From: Trichoplax adhaerens
Taxonomy: Eukaryota > Animalia > Placozoa
NCBI RefSeq assembly: GCF_000150275.1
Contig: NW_002060943.1
Span: 1,252,229 to 1,270,674, forward strand
Reading direction: 5' to 3'
DNA: 18,446 nt
The notes beneath the pieces are model-generated. The model did not search any database and was not told the DNA's origin. It was given only the letters and a program-made list of their open reading frames with translations. Numbering within the stretch: the stretch's first letter is position 1; the number at the start of each line of letters is the position of its first letter. Both the position numbers and the translations under genes were made by a program. Positions 9,101-18,446 of the stretch are shown one piece after another.

Positions 9101-11347
9101 TTTCCAATAAATTTTCGTCTCTATTAATTAATTAGCATACACATAGACTTCATTGACTGATGCTCTAGCGTGCTAATGGTTTAAATTAATACAATTAGTA
9201 CTGTTCCTATTTAACTTGTTATCATATTCGGGCGCTTTATTTAAACGCGACACTGTCACGCATAATATCATAAGGAATTAATGTGTATACAAAAATAAAA
9301 AGGCGAGTAGAAAGAATGCCTCAAAAGCAAAATCGTCAGATGAAAATCAAAATAAAATAAATTAAGATTGCAAGTTATCTCGTTGGTAGTTATATCAACA
9401 TATATAGCAATTCAGCCTTCATTGTAGATAAATTGTACCCGAAGCTATGTATACTTCATTGGCTCAAGACTGTACTCACTAGCAGTGTAATTATTGAAAT
9501 AATGAGGTTAAAAAAGATTGTAAAAGAATACCTATTAAAATTATTGCATCGACGTAGTAATTAAAACATTTTACTTTACCAAGTAATGGATTAAATAAAC
9601 GTGACGACATTATTTACTAGGTTACTATGATTAGTATTAATCCGGTAATGAAGATCATTATTTAAAAATGTGAATGGATATGCCTTGTTTGATCAGCTTT
9701 TATCACCGAATAAATTCATGAATATGGTAGACTCTTAACATAACAAGGATCCATAAAAGGATTACTATAGTTCAAGATTAGTTATTTTAAGGCTACTGGA
9801 GCTAATTTGAAATGTAATTTGTAGATAATGGACTATTATACTTTCAGGCAGTAAAGTTTTTCAGCAACTGGAGAGTGTAAAACAGTTTGTCGATATTGAC
9901 ACCTTTGAGTTTTCATTATGGGTGGATCGCACGGAATGAAGATCTTTTTGCAATTGAAATTTTACTCTACTTGAATTTTAAACAACGAAACACTTAGTTC
10001 TGTACTAGCTATAGCATTACTACTTTCGTTCTGGAAGTACAAAAATAGAGTTTTGTAAGGGCAAATGATAGATTTTGCTCTTCACAATTAAACCCAAGAT
10101 TTACACTACCATGTTATCAACCATAAATGGTCCAACAAGTATAAGTAGCTGGTTTTTGTTAGCGATTAGTAACCATTAACTCATCTTAGGCTAAAGGTAC
10201 GTATAACATTCAAGTCTATAGCTGTTAGCTTTTAGAGCATAATGTAATTGCCAGAATGTTTTCATAAACAGATCTTTCAAAATGTTAAAATTTGGGATTT
10301 TCTTACTCCCTTTCTTTTTAAATTACTTCCTTGTAGATGGTGCAATTTCTTTAGTATTGATCGTGTTTCCACACGACAGTGCGATGATGTATAGTTACTA
10401 ATGAAAATGGAACAAAGTACAATATAGGATATACATAACGTAGCTTAAGGAATATTTTATGGAAAAATCTGCTTTTCATATTCTTAATTGAAATCATGTC
10501 TTCGTCGTGGGCTATTTTCATGGAAATGCCAAGGGTAAGCTTACTTGACCCTAACGATCGACGTAGAATTTTGTAGTAGAAAATTATGTGTAACACGCTA
10601 TAGGACACGCATATATCATCTCAAAGAATATTTATTAATAAGTCTATATCTTATATTTCTTACTTGAAGGGATAGTGATCTTGATCATTTATGAAAAACA
10701 CATTAATACTAATAATGGACGTAAACGATTGTGGTAGTAGTAAATTATTTGTATCATGTTATAGTCTATTGGATACGCATAACGCTTCTCAAAGGATATT
10801 TATTAATAAATCTATATCTTATATTTTTGAACTGAAACGACTGTGATCTTGACCTTGTCCATGAAAGACAATTAAGAATAATCTTATTAATAATACTGAT
10901 GACGGACGTAGACGATTTGGCCTTAGGAAATTATATGTAAAGCGCTATAGGATACGTATAAAGTATCTCAAGTGATATTTTATAATAAATCTATATTCTA
11001 TATTTCTTAGCTGAAATAATAGTGATCTCGACCATTTCTACGGAAAGTAAATTAAAGAAAATCTTATTTAACACTAGCGGCGAAGACTATCCATTGCAAT
11101 GGTGGAAACTATTAGATGTCAATGTAAAGCTTTAAATTTAGTTTACTGTAAAGTTATGCACTGGTTCATTTGTTGAAGACATTGATTATAGCGCTTGATG
11201 ACATTAAAATATTTAAAGTTTTAAATATCGTACGTGAAAAATTATCTATATTAGCATTTCAGTGTGCTTACTTGTCGTAGTTTGGCCATGGCAGATGATA
11301 GCAATGGCAAAAATGACTGCCAAGACGGAAGCTAAATTTGCTACCAT
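36..11347 (-). CDS. MUC4-like mucin (signal peptide-Ser/Thr/Tyr repeat-NIDO-AMOP-VWD-Ig-like-EGF array); 14 coding exons in window, 3' end beyond left edge; two frame disruptions as assembled (possible pseudogene/null allele or assembly errors)
   Basis: Manual splicing: all 13 internal introns are GT..AG and phases are consistent except at two lesions (~6461, ~3574). Motifs: LYPYG..GD and TNTFQLVL (NIDO), [15 protein letters not shown] (AMOP), [18 protein letters not shown] (VWD), DxDEC (cbEGF). About 1,980 codons in window if repaired. Confidence 0.9.
287..409 (-). CDS. Exon: cbEGF ([41 protein letters not shown])
   Basis: 123 bp, phase 1-1. Confidence 0.9.
565..684 (-). CDS. Exon: EGF-like ([40 protein letters not shown])
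   Basis: 120 bp, phase 1-1, six Cys, no Ca-binding consensus. Confidence 0.88.
937..1059 (-). CDS. Exon: cbEGF ([41 protein letters not shown])
   Basis: 123 bp, phase 1-1, calcium-binding EGF consensus. Confidence 0.9.
   Translation of the reverse strand: MLMSASRTHRYVAKSVPIPMAVISALVILDLTSTAIIKVA
1453..1790 (-). CDS. Exon: end of EGF, an EGF domain ([10 protein letters not shown]...[12 protein letters not shown]) and a cbEGF domain (DFDEC...GKTCL)
   Basis: 338 bp, phase 2->1, six-Cys EGF spacing; includes most of ORF 1388-1588. Confidence 0.9.
1896..2196 (-). CDS. Exon: Ig/cadherin-like beta module ([10 protein letters not shown]...SDPN...PPGASFNP...FTW) plus start of an EGF domain ([10 protein letters not shown])
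   Basis: 301 bp, phase 1->2; overlaps ORF 1892-2119. Confidence 0.85.
2308..2571 (-). CDS. Exon: post-VWD region ([11 protein letters not shown]...[10 protein letters not shown]...)
   Basis: 264 bp open frame, phase 1-1; SLFTY and C....CLYD motifs as in MUC4/SUSD2-type proteins. Confidence 0.88.
2682..3248 (-). CDS. Exon: von Willebrand factor type D domain with GDPH motif
   Basis: [24 protein letters not shown]...[20 protein letters not shown]...DFGEKW; 567 bp, phase 1-1; ORF 2671-3216. Confidence 0.93.
3535..3738 (-). CDS. Exon: C-terminal AMOP (MHRVCCYTT...[14 protein letters not shown] / [12 protein letters not shown]), disrupted by an in-frame TAG and frameshift
   Basis: TTAG acceptor at 3739, GTAAG donor at 3534. 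TAG at 3574-3576; the conserved C..Y.PP end resumes in another frame. Confidence 0.8.
3869..4330 (-). CDS. Exon: NIDO core ([21 protein letters not shown]...GKWAFRLD) and start of AMOP (CLSWY...[15 protein letters not shown])
   Basis: 462 bp, phase 0-0, overlaps ORF 3860-4309. Confidence 0.9.
4468..4860 (-). CDS. Exon: NIDO region (ICSSGYVTF...PLVAPFF...VVVITW...GRFGF)
   Basis: 393 bp, phase 0-0, overlaps ORF 4414-4776; canonical splice sites. Confidence 0.88.
4951..5078 (-). CDS. Exon: N-terminal part of NIDO region ([42 protein letters not shown])
   Basis: TAG acceptor at 5079, GTAAG donor at 4950; LYPYG..GD and PIYF...Y..LY motifs typical of the segment before the NIDO core; phase 1->0. 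Confidence 0.88.
5299..8011 (-). CDS. Giant mucin (PTS-type) exon, 2713 bp, Ser/Thr/Tyr-rich, frameshifted at ~6461
   Basis: Acceptor TTCTAG at 8012, donor GTAAG at 5298. Contains ORF 6453-8000 and an open frame 6460->5299 that includes ORF 5288-5857. 2713+11=2724 is a multiple of 3, matching phase 1-1 flanks. Confidence 0.85.
5990..7900 (-). repeat. Coding VNTR, 111-bp/37-aa unit [37 protein letters not shown], ~17-18 units, decaying toward ~5600
   Basis: Anchor 'cttGTAGAT' at 6030, 6096, 6207, 6300, 6411, 6511, 6622, 6736, 6847, 6958, 7069, 7180, 7291, 7402, 7483, 7624, 7735, 7846. Confidence 0.97.
10410..11075. repeat. Degenerate tandem repeat, ~4 copies of ~170-180 bp, in mucin intron 1
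   Basis: Recurrent blocks (t)aggatacgcata...ctcaaag.atattt.ttaataaatctatatc...gtgatcttga...ggacgta at ~10425, 10601, 10769, 10948. Confidence 0.8.
11272..11347 (-). CDS. First coding exon: signal peptide [21 protein letters not shown]|QTTT
   Basis: ATG at 11347, hydrophobic core, CHG-Q cleavage-like site, then a GTAAG donor in phase 1 that matches the phase-1 acceptor at 8011 (A+CT=Thr). Not in the ORF track (too short). Confidence 0.85.
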
Positions 11348-14300
11348 TTATTAAGCTGTTACAATTTCCGCTTTTCCTCCGTCTTAATGATCAATCGCTA
11401 AGTTTCATACGACGTTTCTTCATCGATTTTATCTAGTGCAAGCTTAAAAATGTTTTACCGTTGTGCCAATAGGACTGTAAGTAAATCGATTCAAATGCCT
11501 GAAAATTAATAATGTTACGCATGAAAGTTAATGTGGTAAGGATGAAAGGAATAACTACAGGGAATCCTATTCAAATTCACAAGATTATGATTCATATTTA
11601 AAACAAGCTGCTTCTAGTGACATGCACATGTACTTACCGATGCTATATCTTGGTAATTATTATGTAATAACAAGCCTTCGAACGGCACTGTATTAACAAA
11701 GTAGGCTAAAAATATGTGCTAATAGCTTTATAATGAATGACAGCTTACTTATCTCTCTTATTTTATGCATACAAGTATAACAATATCAAGCATAGACTGT
11801 CGGCACAAAAGTTGAAATAAAGCAGTTTGTCCGTATTTTTCTTATGGATTAGTCATAGCAACACAGTAGGGATGTTGCCATCGACTTCGTGAGTCATTCT
11901 CATGTAAATCAAGTACATAAGAAAGCGTATTTCTCATTGTCATCATATCTATTGTAGAGATAATGGTTATCAAATTATTCTAATGCATGCTATAGATTTC
12001 GCAAATTAATGCAATTTAATTTTCATATCTGAGTAAAAATGGACGTAAAAACACCTTAATATCAGGTCGATCTAATGGATGGGACGAATGTTGTAGCGAT
12101 GTAAAATTTAATTTTACGGATGAAATGAAATTAAACAGGCACTTAATCAAAGTAAGATTCCGCCCTTAGTACTGATCGCATAACCGAAACACTTTTTCCT
12201 GATAACTCCTTTAGTATCTCCGAATTTAAATTAGTAGTTTCATTAGATGATATTCAATAGGAACTTTCGATAACGCAAAAGTGAATAATAGCTGTTCATC
12301 AAAGCATCAGTATGGTTCATTATCATAGATAGATGTTAACTAATTACTAAAATGTAGGAAATGTATTTTAGATTTAGAAATCGAAAAATATTATGATTTG
12401 AAGAAAGTAATTTATTCATCCCACGATCATTAACTAATTTTACTGTCGCGTCAGCTTGGAATTTAAAATTCTGAATATAATTGACTACACATGATTAATC
12501 TGCTACTATCTCTTGCGTGTTTACATGTTCATCTATTCATTCTACATCAATCGATTAATAAACTATGTGACTGCAACCATTCAATGACACAAATAAGACG
12601 ATAAAAGTATATTCCATGGCTATTATCTCAAACATTGTTAATATGGCATTACAATGAAGAATAGCAATGTTAGACTTGCCCTATTATATACCATTATTTT
12701 GCTTATATATCACAAAATAATATTTGTGTAACAGACTACTACGATCTGTACTTGCTAATTTGGTGCCAAAAATGACGCAAGCTACGCTATATTGATCCCT
12801 GCTGTGACATACTATAAGGATTAGGAAATTGTTTCTGATCAATAGTTTAGAACTGGGCGTCACCATAATGCGTTAAGAATTATTAACTGTTTTTTTCGCT
12901 ATTTCTTTTAATGATACATTTAATTGGCATTAACACACAGCTGTATAGTAACTGTTTTAGTTTAGGCAAGATGAAATAACAGGAATAGATGGAATGCTTC
13001 GAATAAGGAACTTTATAAAGCTAGAGAGGATTTATTTACCTCTCTAGGTTAAGTCTTGTGGTGTAAATCTATAGCTATGGAAACTTCCGATAGTTCGTGC
13101 TAATTATATTTCAGATAAAACTATATACTCATAAATAGTGTTTTAAAGTATTAATATCTTCAGTTATTGCTGTTCTAATCGGTAGAATGCATTAAATATA
13201 GGCATAAGTATGACCGAGCACTTGTCTATGGAATCTTAAGATTAAAAATATTGAACTGTTTAGCTTAAGTACCGCGTATAGACAGCATTCAATGTAACAC
13301 GAAATAACTGCACTTGATGTATATACTCATATTTTCAGATTATTTCTATTTTTATCTGACAATTTTATCAAATCTACTTGAACAAAGTCCAGTTGACGAG
13401 ATTTAATTTAGCATTAAATTTAAATCTAAAATATTATAACTCAAACAATAGTCTATATTAAGCATGTAGGCAAAGATAATTCTAAGCTATAAGCGAATCG
13501 GTGGGGAGCTCCGGTTACCCGAGTAGGAGGACTGTATTATGTGCGAGGACAACAAAATGGATAGATAGTTATAAAATAAGCTGTAGCTATTATATGCTGT
13601 AATCAAGTAGCTCAAGTATTTATTAACTTAAGCACATACATAACTACAAAGTGAAGCTTTTAGAGATTAAGTCGCGGGGGCTGCATTAATTACGTGTTAG
13701 GACATCGTGTTTGCGGCAGTATAATTACTCGTAAATGATATTAAGGTATAAAGCTCATTCTGCCTTAATTTATAATGACGTAGCTCGAGTAATTGATTTT
13801 ATTAAGTAAAAATGCAATTTCAAGTATAAATTCTTAAGCCATAAATCTCTGATTATTCTAGCTCAAGTAAAAAAGCGGCTTTAAATCATAAATATGCAAC
13901 AGATGTTAACTTCGAAACCTCTGATTATTGTAGCTTAAGCTATGAGAAAATACTTAATACGAGCAAAATGGCGTGTACAATGTATCACATAAATAGTCCC
14001 GGAATATAAATCTCTAACCATTACAGCTTAAAAAGAAGGGCAGTTTAATAAAGGATAATTATGTGCCTGTGTAAGTTAAGATATTATCATGATATAAATC
14101 CAAAATCACCTCTCTTGATTGGAGAGGAATGATTTTATTATAAAGAAGCATAATTTTGTGTGAAGAATACCAAAATATAGAATTCTGCCTTCCGTAGCCT
14201 CGATTGGATGAATATGTCAATATAAGTATGAAAGTGCATTAATTTAACTGCCTTAGGTGTCAATGATAATAAGTATACAAGCTATTTTATGTTTCTGAAT

Positions 14301-15208
14301 AAATTATTATCATTCGCAAAGACATAATCTCTAAATAATGGGCCTACAGGAATTTTTCTGATTTGATCAGATTGCTGTCCGATGTGCTTATATCAGAATT
14401 AAGGATGATGCTTTAAGTCCTTAAATGGTATAATAGCAGACTCTTATGTTTTAACTACGATGCCGTGCTAACACTGATACAATTTCACTTATGCTAATTT
14501 TTTTATTAAATGATACGAAATCGCAGGTACTTAGCACAACCTATACTCCAATCGCCTTATTTGATCTGTATCAAGAATTTTCTTTGCCCGATATAATAAA
14601 TGTTGAGAAAATGACAGTAACATACATTGCCCTATTTCTATATTCAATGTAGGGGAAATAGCTTAACATGGAACTAGTATACTATAGGAATAACTTTATC
14701 AGATCAATATTGCTATTCTAGAATTACGGTATTTAGGAACTTATTCTACTGTCTATCTATAGTTATAAACTATAGAGTGTTTGAACAGTGAGTAAATTTC
14801 TTGCACCATCTGGATGAGTCAACATATGTTCCTATTATTCTTATGCCATATGCATTTGCATGAATACAAAAAGTACCTTCGTTGTAAAGTGTATAAATGC
14901 TCAGCATTGCATTGTACTCCTATTGGCTAATATACGTTATAGTGGTAAGACATGAGTACAGTACTAATATATATATATCATTATTTCAAAATAAAGAAGC
15001 TCAGGTAAAAATGTTAGAAAGACTCGATGACTATTGCAATCATTGCTGTAGAGTACAGGCGAATATAGTAGCAGTAATATATGAGTGCTAGACGTTCATA
15101 ATTCGATCCGGCCAACAAGAATAACAGAATTTCTGTTTAGAAATTAACGCCAATCTCTAGTCAAAGCTGTAAAATTTTATACCGTCGATTTTATAAGTCA
15201 ATTTTACA

Positions 15209-15222
15209 ATCTACTTTTACAG
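15209..15222 (+). promoter_or_regulatory. Probable splice acceptor of a 5'-UTR intron of the SV2-like gene
   Basis: atctacttttacAG ends 12 nt before the ATG. Confidence 0.45.
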
Positions 15223-15234
15223 CGCAAAACCGAG

Positions 15235-16920
15235 ATGGGCAGTAATAATTTCGAAATTCAAAAATTATCAGCTGCTATTGAATCGGATAACGAAACCGAA
15301 TTCAGCGATTGTACAAATTTATTAATTGAAGGTAGACTTAGCACGACTAATGAATATACTGAGGAAAGTACCCACTACAAACGATTAACTGTCGACGATA
15401 TTGCAGAATCACTCAATTGTGGATTATTCCAATTTACTTGCAGTGCTGTCTGCGGTTTATGCTTTACAGCAGAAGGTTTAATTATTCAATCATCAAGTAT
15501 TATCGTTATGTCAGCTTGCGATTTAAATATTAATGCAGACAATCGAATATGGTTAAGTATGTCTTTACTCATTGGTATTGCTGTCAGTAGTGCGTTTTGG
15601 GGCCGATTAGGAGATTCCTATGGTAGAAGGAAAGTGTTATTACTAGCTTTGTCTATGAATGTTGTGTTTACATTTTCATCAGCTTTTTCCTTTAGCTATG
15701 AAATGTTAGTTGTAATGGCATTCTTTAACGGCTTAGGATGTGGAGGCGTACTTCCAGTAACATTAACTTATGCAATTGAATTTTTCCCTCGAAAGTATCG
15801 AGGTATGGCAGCGTCATCATCCAATGCCTATTGGTGTTTTGGTAATATTTATGCCGCTTTAATGGCACTTTTAATTATCACACAATCGGTTGCAATCTCT
15901 GTTGGTCAGGTTACTTTAACGGGTTGGCGCATTTTCCTAATAGTTTGTGCAATACCCCCTTTGATAGCATTGATTAGCTTATCGTTAATGCCAAATAGTC
16001 CTCGATTTCTGATTAAACAGGGAAAACGAGAGAAAACATTAAAAGTTTTACATGCAATACATCGTATTAATAGTCAGTGTCGTACTCAACATGGAAATCA
16101 ACCATTTTGTATCAAGTTATCCGATTTACCAACTATCGACGATCTACATCTATCAGATGATGTTGATGATGTTAATGACGACAATGATATAAGTAAAAAT
16201 ATCGACTCTTGCTATTCTAAATTACAACGTTTCCTGAGACAATATGCAATACTATATTCAAGAAAATGGCGCAAGCAAACATTAATGATTACTGTTATTT
16301 GGTTTTTATATTGTTTTTGTACTAATGGTCTATGGCTCTGGCTACCAACATTTTTTTCACTTTATACTCATGGACAAAAATGTCAAGGTCCTTCCATTTC
16401 AATTAATTCAAGTCACAGCATGAACACACCAGCATTAAATCAATCGTCAATTTGTATAGCAAATACTCATGATACAAGCATTTATCGTGATTTATTGCTG
16501 ACTACATTTGCCACTTTAATTATCGAAGCTACATTCATCCCTGTTATTAACGTATCCGGTAGGAGACTATTATTTAGCGGATTAGCTCTGGCAACAAGTA
16601 TAAGCATATTTAGTATTTGGCTCACTAATACATCAACAGGTGTACTCGTATTTTCATGTCTATTTACTGGGCTATCTGGCGCCGCATGGACCATATTAAA
16701 TGTATGGACTTCTGAATTATATCCAACACAGCTGCGATCAACATCAAATGGTTATATCAATTTTTGTGGTCGGATTGGAGCCGTTATAGGAACGATGACA
16801 TTCGGTTTACTGTTGGGACTTGGTTGCAAGTTACCTATTATTATTATGGGCACTGCGTGCTTTATAGCTGCATCACTTGCATTATTTCTATCGGATACTA
16901 CTAAAGTTGAAATCAATTAA
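15235..16920 (+). CDS. SV2/SVOP-related major facilitator superfamily transporter, 561 aa, intronless CDS
   Basis: About 12 hydrophobic segments; MFS motif A WGRLGDSYGRR; EFFPRKYRG; GWRIFL; PNSPRFL; ELYPTQLRST; N-terminal TVDDIAESLNCGLFQ resembling the SV2/SVOP pre-TM1 segment. Confidence 0.92.
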   Translation: MGSNNFEIQKLSAAIESDNETEFSDCTNLLIEGRLSTTNEYTEESTHYKRLTVDDIAESLNCGLFQFTCSAVCGLCFTAEGLIIQSSSIIVMSACDLNINADNRIWLSMSLLIGIAVSSAFWGRLGDSYGRRKVLLLALSMNVVFTFSSAFSFSYEMLVVMAFFNGLGCGGVLPVTLTYAIEFFPRKYRGMAASSSNAYWCFGNIYAALMALLIITQSVAISVGQVTLTGWRIFLIVCAIPPLIALISLSLMPNSPRFLIKQGKREKTLKVLHAIHRINSQCRTQHGNQPFCIKLSDLPTIDDLHLSDDVDDVNDDNDISKNIDSCYSKLQRFLRQYAILYSRKWRKQTLMITVIWFLYCFCTNGLWLWLPTFFSLYTHGQKCQGPSISINSSHSMNTPALNQSSICIANTHDTSIYRDLLLTTFATLIIEATFIPVINVSGRRLLFSGLALATSISIFSIWLTNTSTGVLVFSCLFTGLSGAAWTILNVWTSELYPTQLRSTSNGYINFCGRIGAVIGTMTFGLLLGLGCKLPIIIMGTACFIAASLALFLSDTTKVEIN

Positions 16921-17330
16921 TTCAAAGCTAAGCATTGCAGGTTTAATACTGGCTCGATTTATACCAAATTGAAAATAGTATTATCAGCTTGATACAGTTA
17001 TTGACCAGATAGAATTTGACTTGACATATACAATCATAAAATCAATTGATATGCAGTAATGAGGTTAGGTAGCTAGCTAGCTAGTTTTTTGGTGGCTTGG
17101 AAAAACTGCTAGCAGCCAAACGCATATTTACTACTTCAATTTAACTTGCAGGATGCTAGCAAAATAATAATCTGCTAATCATGCGGCTTCCTCAGAGACT
17201 GAGAAACTAATTAGATCAAAGATCAAATATGAAAATGTCACCAACATTTTGTATATTAAAGTAGAAGATATGTATGGAATGCAGCATAGATTGCATGTAC
17301 AGTATCAATTATACTTCCATAAAAAATTGT

Positions 17331-17380
17331 NNNNNNNNNNNNNNNNNNNNNNNNNNNNNNNNNNNNNNNNNNNNNNNNNN
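17331..17380. other. Assembly gap (50 N)
   Basis: Run of N. Confidence 1.
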
Positions 17381-18446
17381 GTAGTAGATGTATAAGAAGT
17401 CGACGAGTACGTACTAGAACTGCTTGGAGTCGTGTATATTGAGCTCGATGTCGAATATAAGCTTGTAGATGTATAAGAAGTCGACGAGCTTGGAGTCGTA
17501 TATGTACTAGTCGACGAGTATGTACTAGAGCTGCTTGGAGTCGTGTATGTTGAGCTCGAAGTCGAATATAAGCTTGTAGATGTATAAGAAGTCGACGAGC
17601 TTGGAGTTGTATATGTACTAGTCGATGAGTACGGACTAGAGCTGCTTGGAGTCGTGTATATTGAGCTCGATGTCGAATATAGGCTTGTAGATGTATAAGA
17701 AGTCGACGAGCTTGGAGTTGTATATGTACTAGTCGACGAGTATGTGCTAGAGCTGCTTGGAGTCGTGTATGTTGAGCTCGAAGTCGAATATAAGCTTGTA
17801 GATGTATAAGAAGTCGACGAGCTTGGAGTCGTATATGTACTAGTCGACGAGTACGTACTAGAGCTGCTTGGAGTCGTGTATGTTGAGCTCGAAGTCGAAT
17901 ATAAGCTTGTAGATGTATAAGAAGTCGACGAGCTTGGAGTTGTATATGTACTAGTCGATGAGTACGGACTAGAGCTGCTTGGAGTCGTGTATGTTGAGCT
18001 CGAAGTCGAATATAAGCTTGTAGATGTATAAGAAGTCGACGAGCTTGGAGTCGTATATGTACTAGTCGACGAGTACGTACTAGAGCTGCTTGGAGTCGTG
18101 TATGTTGAGCTCGAAGTCGAATATAAGCTTGTAGATGTATAAGAAGTCGACGAGCTTGGAGTCGTATATGTACTAGTCGACGAGTACGTACTAGAGCTGC
18201 TTAGAGTCGTGTATGTCGAGCTCGATGTCGAATATAAGCTTGTAGATGTATAAGAAGTCGACGAGCTTGGAGTTGTATATGTGCTAGTCGATGAGTATGT
18301 ACTAGAGCTGCTCGGAGTCGTGTATGTCGAACTCGATGTCGAATATAAGCTTGTAGATGTATAAGAAGTCGACGAGCTTGGAGTTGTATATGTACTAGTC
18401 GGCGAGTACGTATTAGAGCTGCTTAGAGTCGTGTATGTCGAGCTTG
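17381..18446 (-). repeat. Second array of the same 111-bp Ser/Thr/Tyr coding repeat (~9.6 units), open on the minus strand, truncated by gap and window edge
   Basis: Anchors at 17384, 17465, 17576 and then every 111 bp to 18353; no stop seen in the mucin frame; missing from the ORF track because it has no start codon. Confidence 0.95.

Noticed and set aside
11356-11637. Possible 5'-UTR intron of the mucin (GTAAG at 11637, CAG at 11356)
   Set aside because: Plausible, but such motifs are common by chance; not supportable without transcripts.
13493-13550. GC-rich patch as a tRNA/ncRNA fragment
   Set aside because: No cloverleaf, A/B boxes or recognisable RNA family motif.
10351-16694. ORFs 10351-10608-, 12684-12866-, 14897-15091+, 16482-16694-
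   Set aside because: Short, no domain signature, composition like AT-rich non-coding DNA; the last is antisense to the transporter.
17069-17085. (TAGC)n microsatellite
   Set aside because: Only 3-4 copies; trivial.
5990-18446. Regular palindrome-rich repeat arrays as CRISPR
   Set aside because: No unique spacers, units are contiguous and codon-phased, no cas genes, and the context is a spliced eukaryotic gene.

Overview
AT-rich eukaryotic (animal) genomic DNA with short GT-AG introns; the style suggests a compact non-bilaterian genome such as a placozoan, which is my inference and not verified. (1) On the minus strand I reconstructed a MUC4-like mucin gene by hand, with 14 coding exons in the window (11272-11347, 5299-8011, 4951-5078, 4468-4860, 3869-4330, 3535-3738, 2682-3248, 2308-2571, 1896-2196, 1453-1790, 937-1059, 565-684, 287-409, 36-155); it continues past the left edge. 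Its architecture is signal peptide, a ~900-aa uncharged Ser/Thr/Tyr tandem-repeat domain (111-bp/37-aa unit), NIDO, AMOP, VWD with the GDPH autocleavage motif, an Ig/cadherin-like module and a run of EGF/cbEGF domains. As assembled it has two frame-breaking lesions: an 11-nt deletion in the repeat at ~6461 and a stop plus frameshift in AMOP at ~3574. (2) A divergently oriented SV2/SVOP-like MFS transporter with an intronless CDS lies at 15235-16920 (+). (3) After a 50-N gap, a second open array of the same 111-bp repeat (17381-18446) is either a paralog/allele or a misplaced contig. Intron 1 holds a degenerate ~175-bp tandem repeat. I see no prokaryotic features, CRISPR arrays or RNA genes.
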